Part shown: positions 63,716 through 64,000 of the stretch, piece by piece | Layout: each line of letters opens with the position of its first letter | Numbering within the stretch: position 1 is the stretch's first letter | Source of the DNA: Malacoraja senta | Taxonomy: Eukaryota | DNA length: 64,000 bases | Assembly (NCBI GenBank): GCA_038087875.1 | Contig: CM075986.1 | Span: 13,826,001-13,890,000 of the forward strand | Reading direction: 5' to 3' | The notes under the pieces: generated by a model | What the model was told of the DNA's origin: nothing | What the model saw: only the letters and a program-made list of their open reading frames with translations | The model's database searches: none | Program-made: the position numbers and the translations under genes

Positions 63716-63995
63716 GTAGGGGAATCAAGAACCAGAGGACATGGGTTTAAGGTGAGAGGGGAAAGATTTAATAGGAACCTGAGGGGCAACGTTTGCACAC
63801 AATGTGGTGGGTATATGGAATGAGCTGCCAGAGGAGGTAGTTGATGCAGGTAATATAACATTTAAAAGGCATTTGGACACATACATGGATAGGAACATTT
63901 TAGAGGGATATGGGCCAAATGTGGGCAGCTGGAACTAGTATGGATGGGGCATCTTGGTCGGCAAGGGTAAGTTGAGCTGAAGGGCCTGCTTCCCT
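63716..63995 (+). mobile_element. CR1 LINE 3' end
   Basis: GAATCAAGAACCAGAGGACAT (ESRTRGH) to GAAGGGCCTGCTTCC tail. Confidence 0.85.
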
Positions 63996-64000
63996 ATTAT

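Noticed and set aside
1-64000. CRISPR array, rRNA or prokaryotic/viral systems
   Set aside because: No regularly spaced repeat-spacer structure, rRNA or operon-like ORFs; the recurring palindromes are dispersed retroelement ends

Overview
Vertebrate genomic DNA, most likely a cartilaginous fish (skate/ray-like, inferred from HE1/V-SINE, CR1, Deu-domain SINE and Penelope content). The only host gene I can support is GOSR2 (membrin/GS27, Golgi Qb-SNARE) on the + strand. It has a CpG-island promoter at ~23.1-23.8 kb and coding exons 1-5 (23434-23462, 33975-34039, 37277-37385, 37844-37976, 43280-43420; 159 codons, all GT-AG). I did not find the last SNARE/TM exon, so intron 5 appears to be >20 kb. 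The rest is transposon-rich: a near-intact Passport-type Tc1 element (57674-59287), many V-SINEs, CR1, Rex1/Babar, L2 and L1 fragments, Harbinger-like and TA-flanked MITEs, and Deu-domain SINEs. The most notable pattern is a family of short, often palindromic, TSD-flanked Penelope-derived insertions. They carry a minimal hammerhead-ribozyme core (CTGAAGA-A-GGGTCTCGACCC-GAAACGTC) in about 10 copies on both strands, many inside GOSR2 introns. Repeat boundaries are approximate unless a TSD or TIR is given; family names come from recalled sequence features, not database searches.
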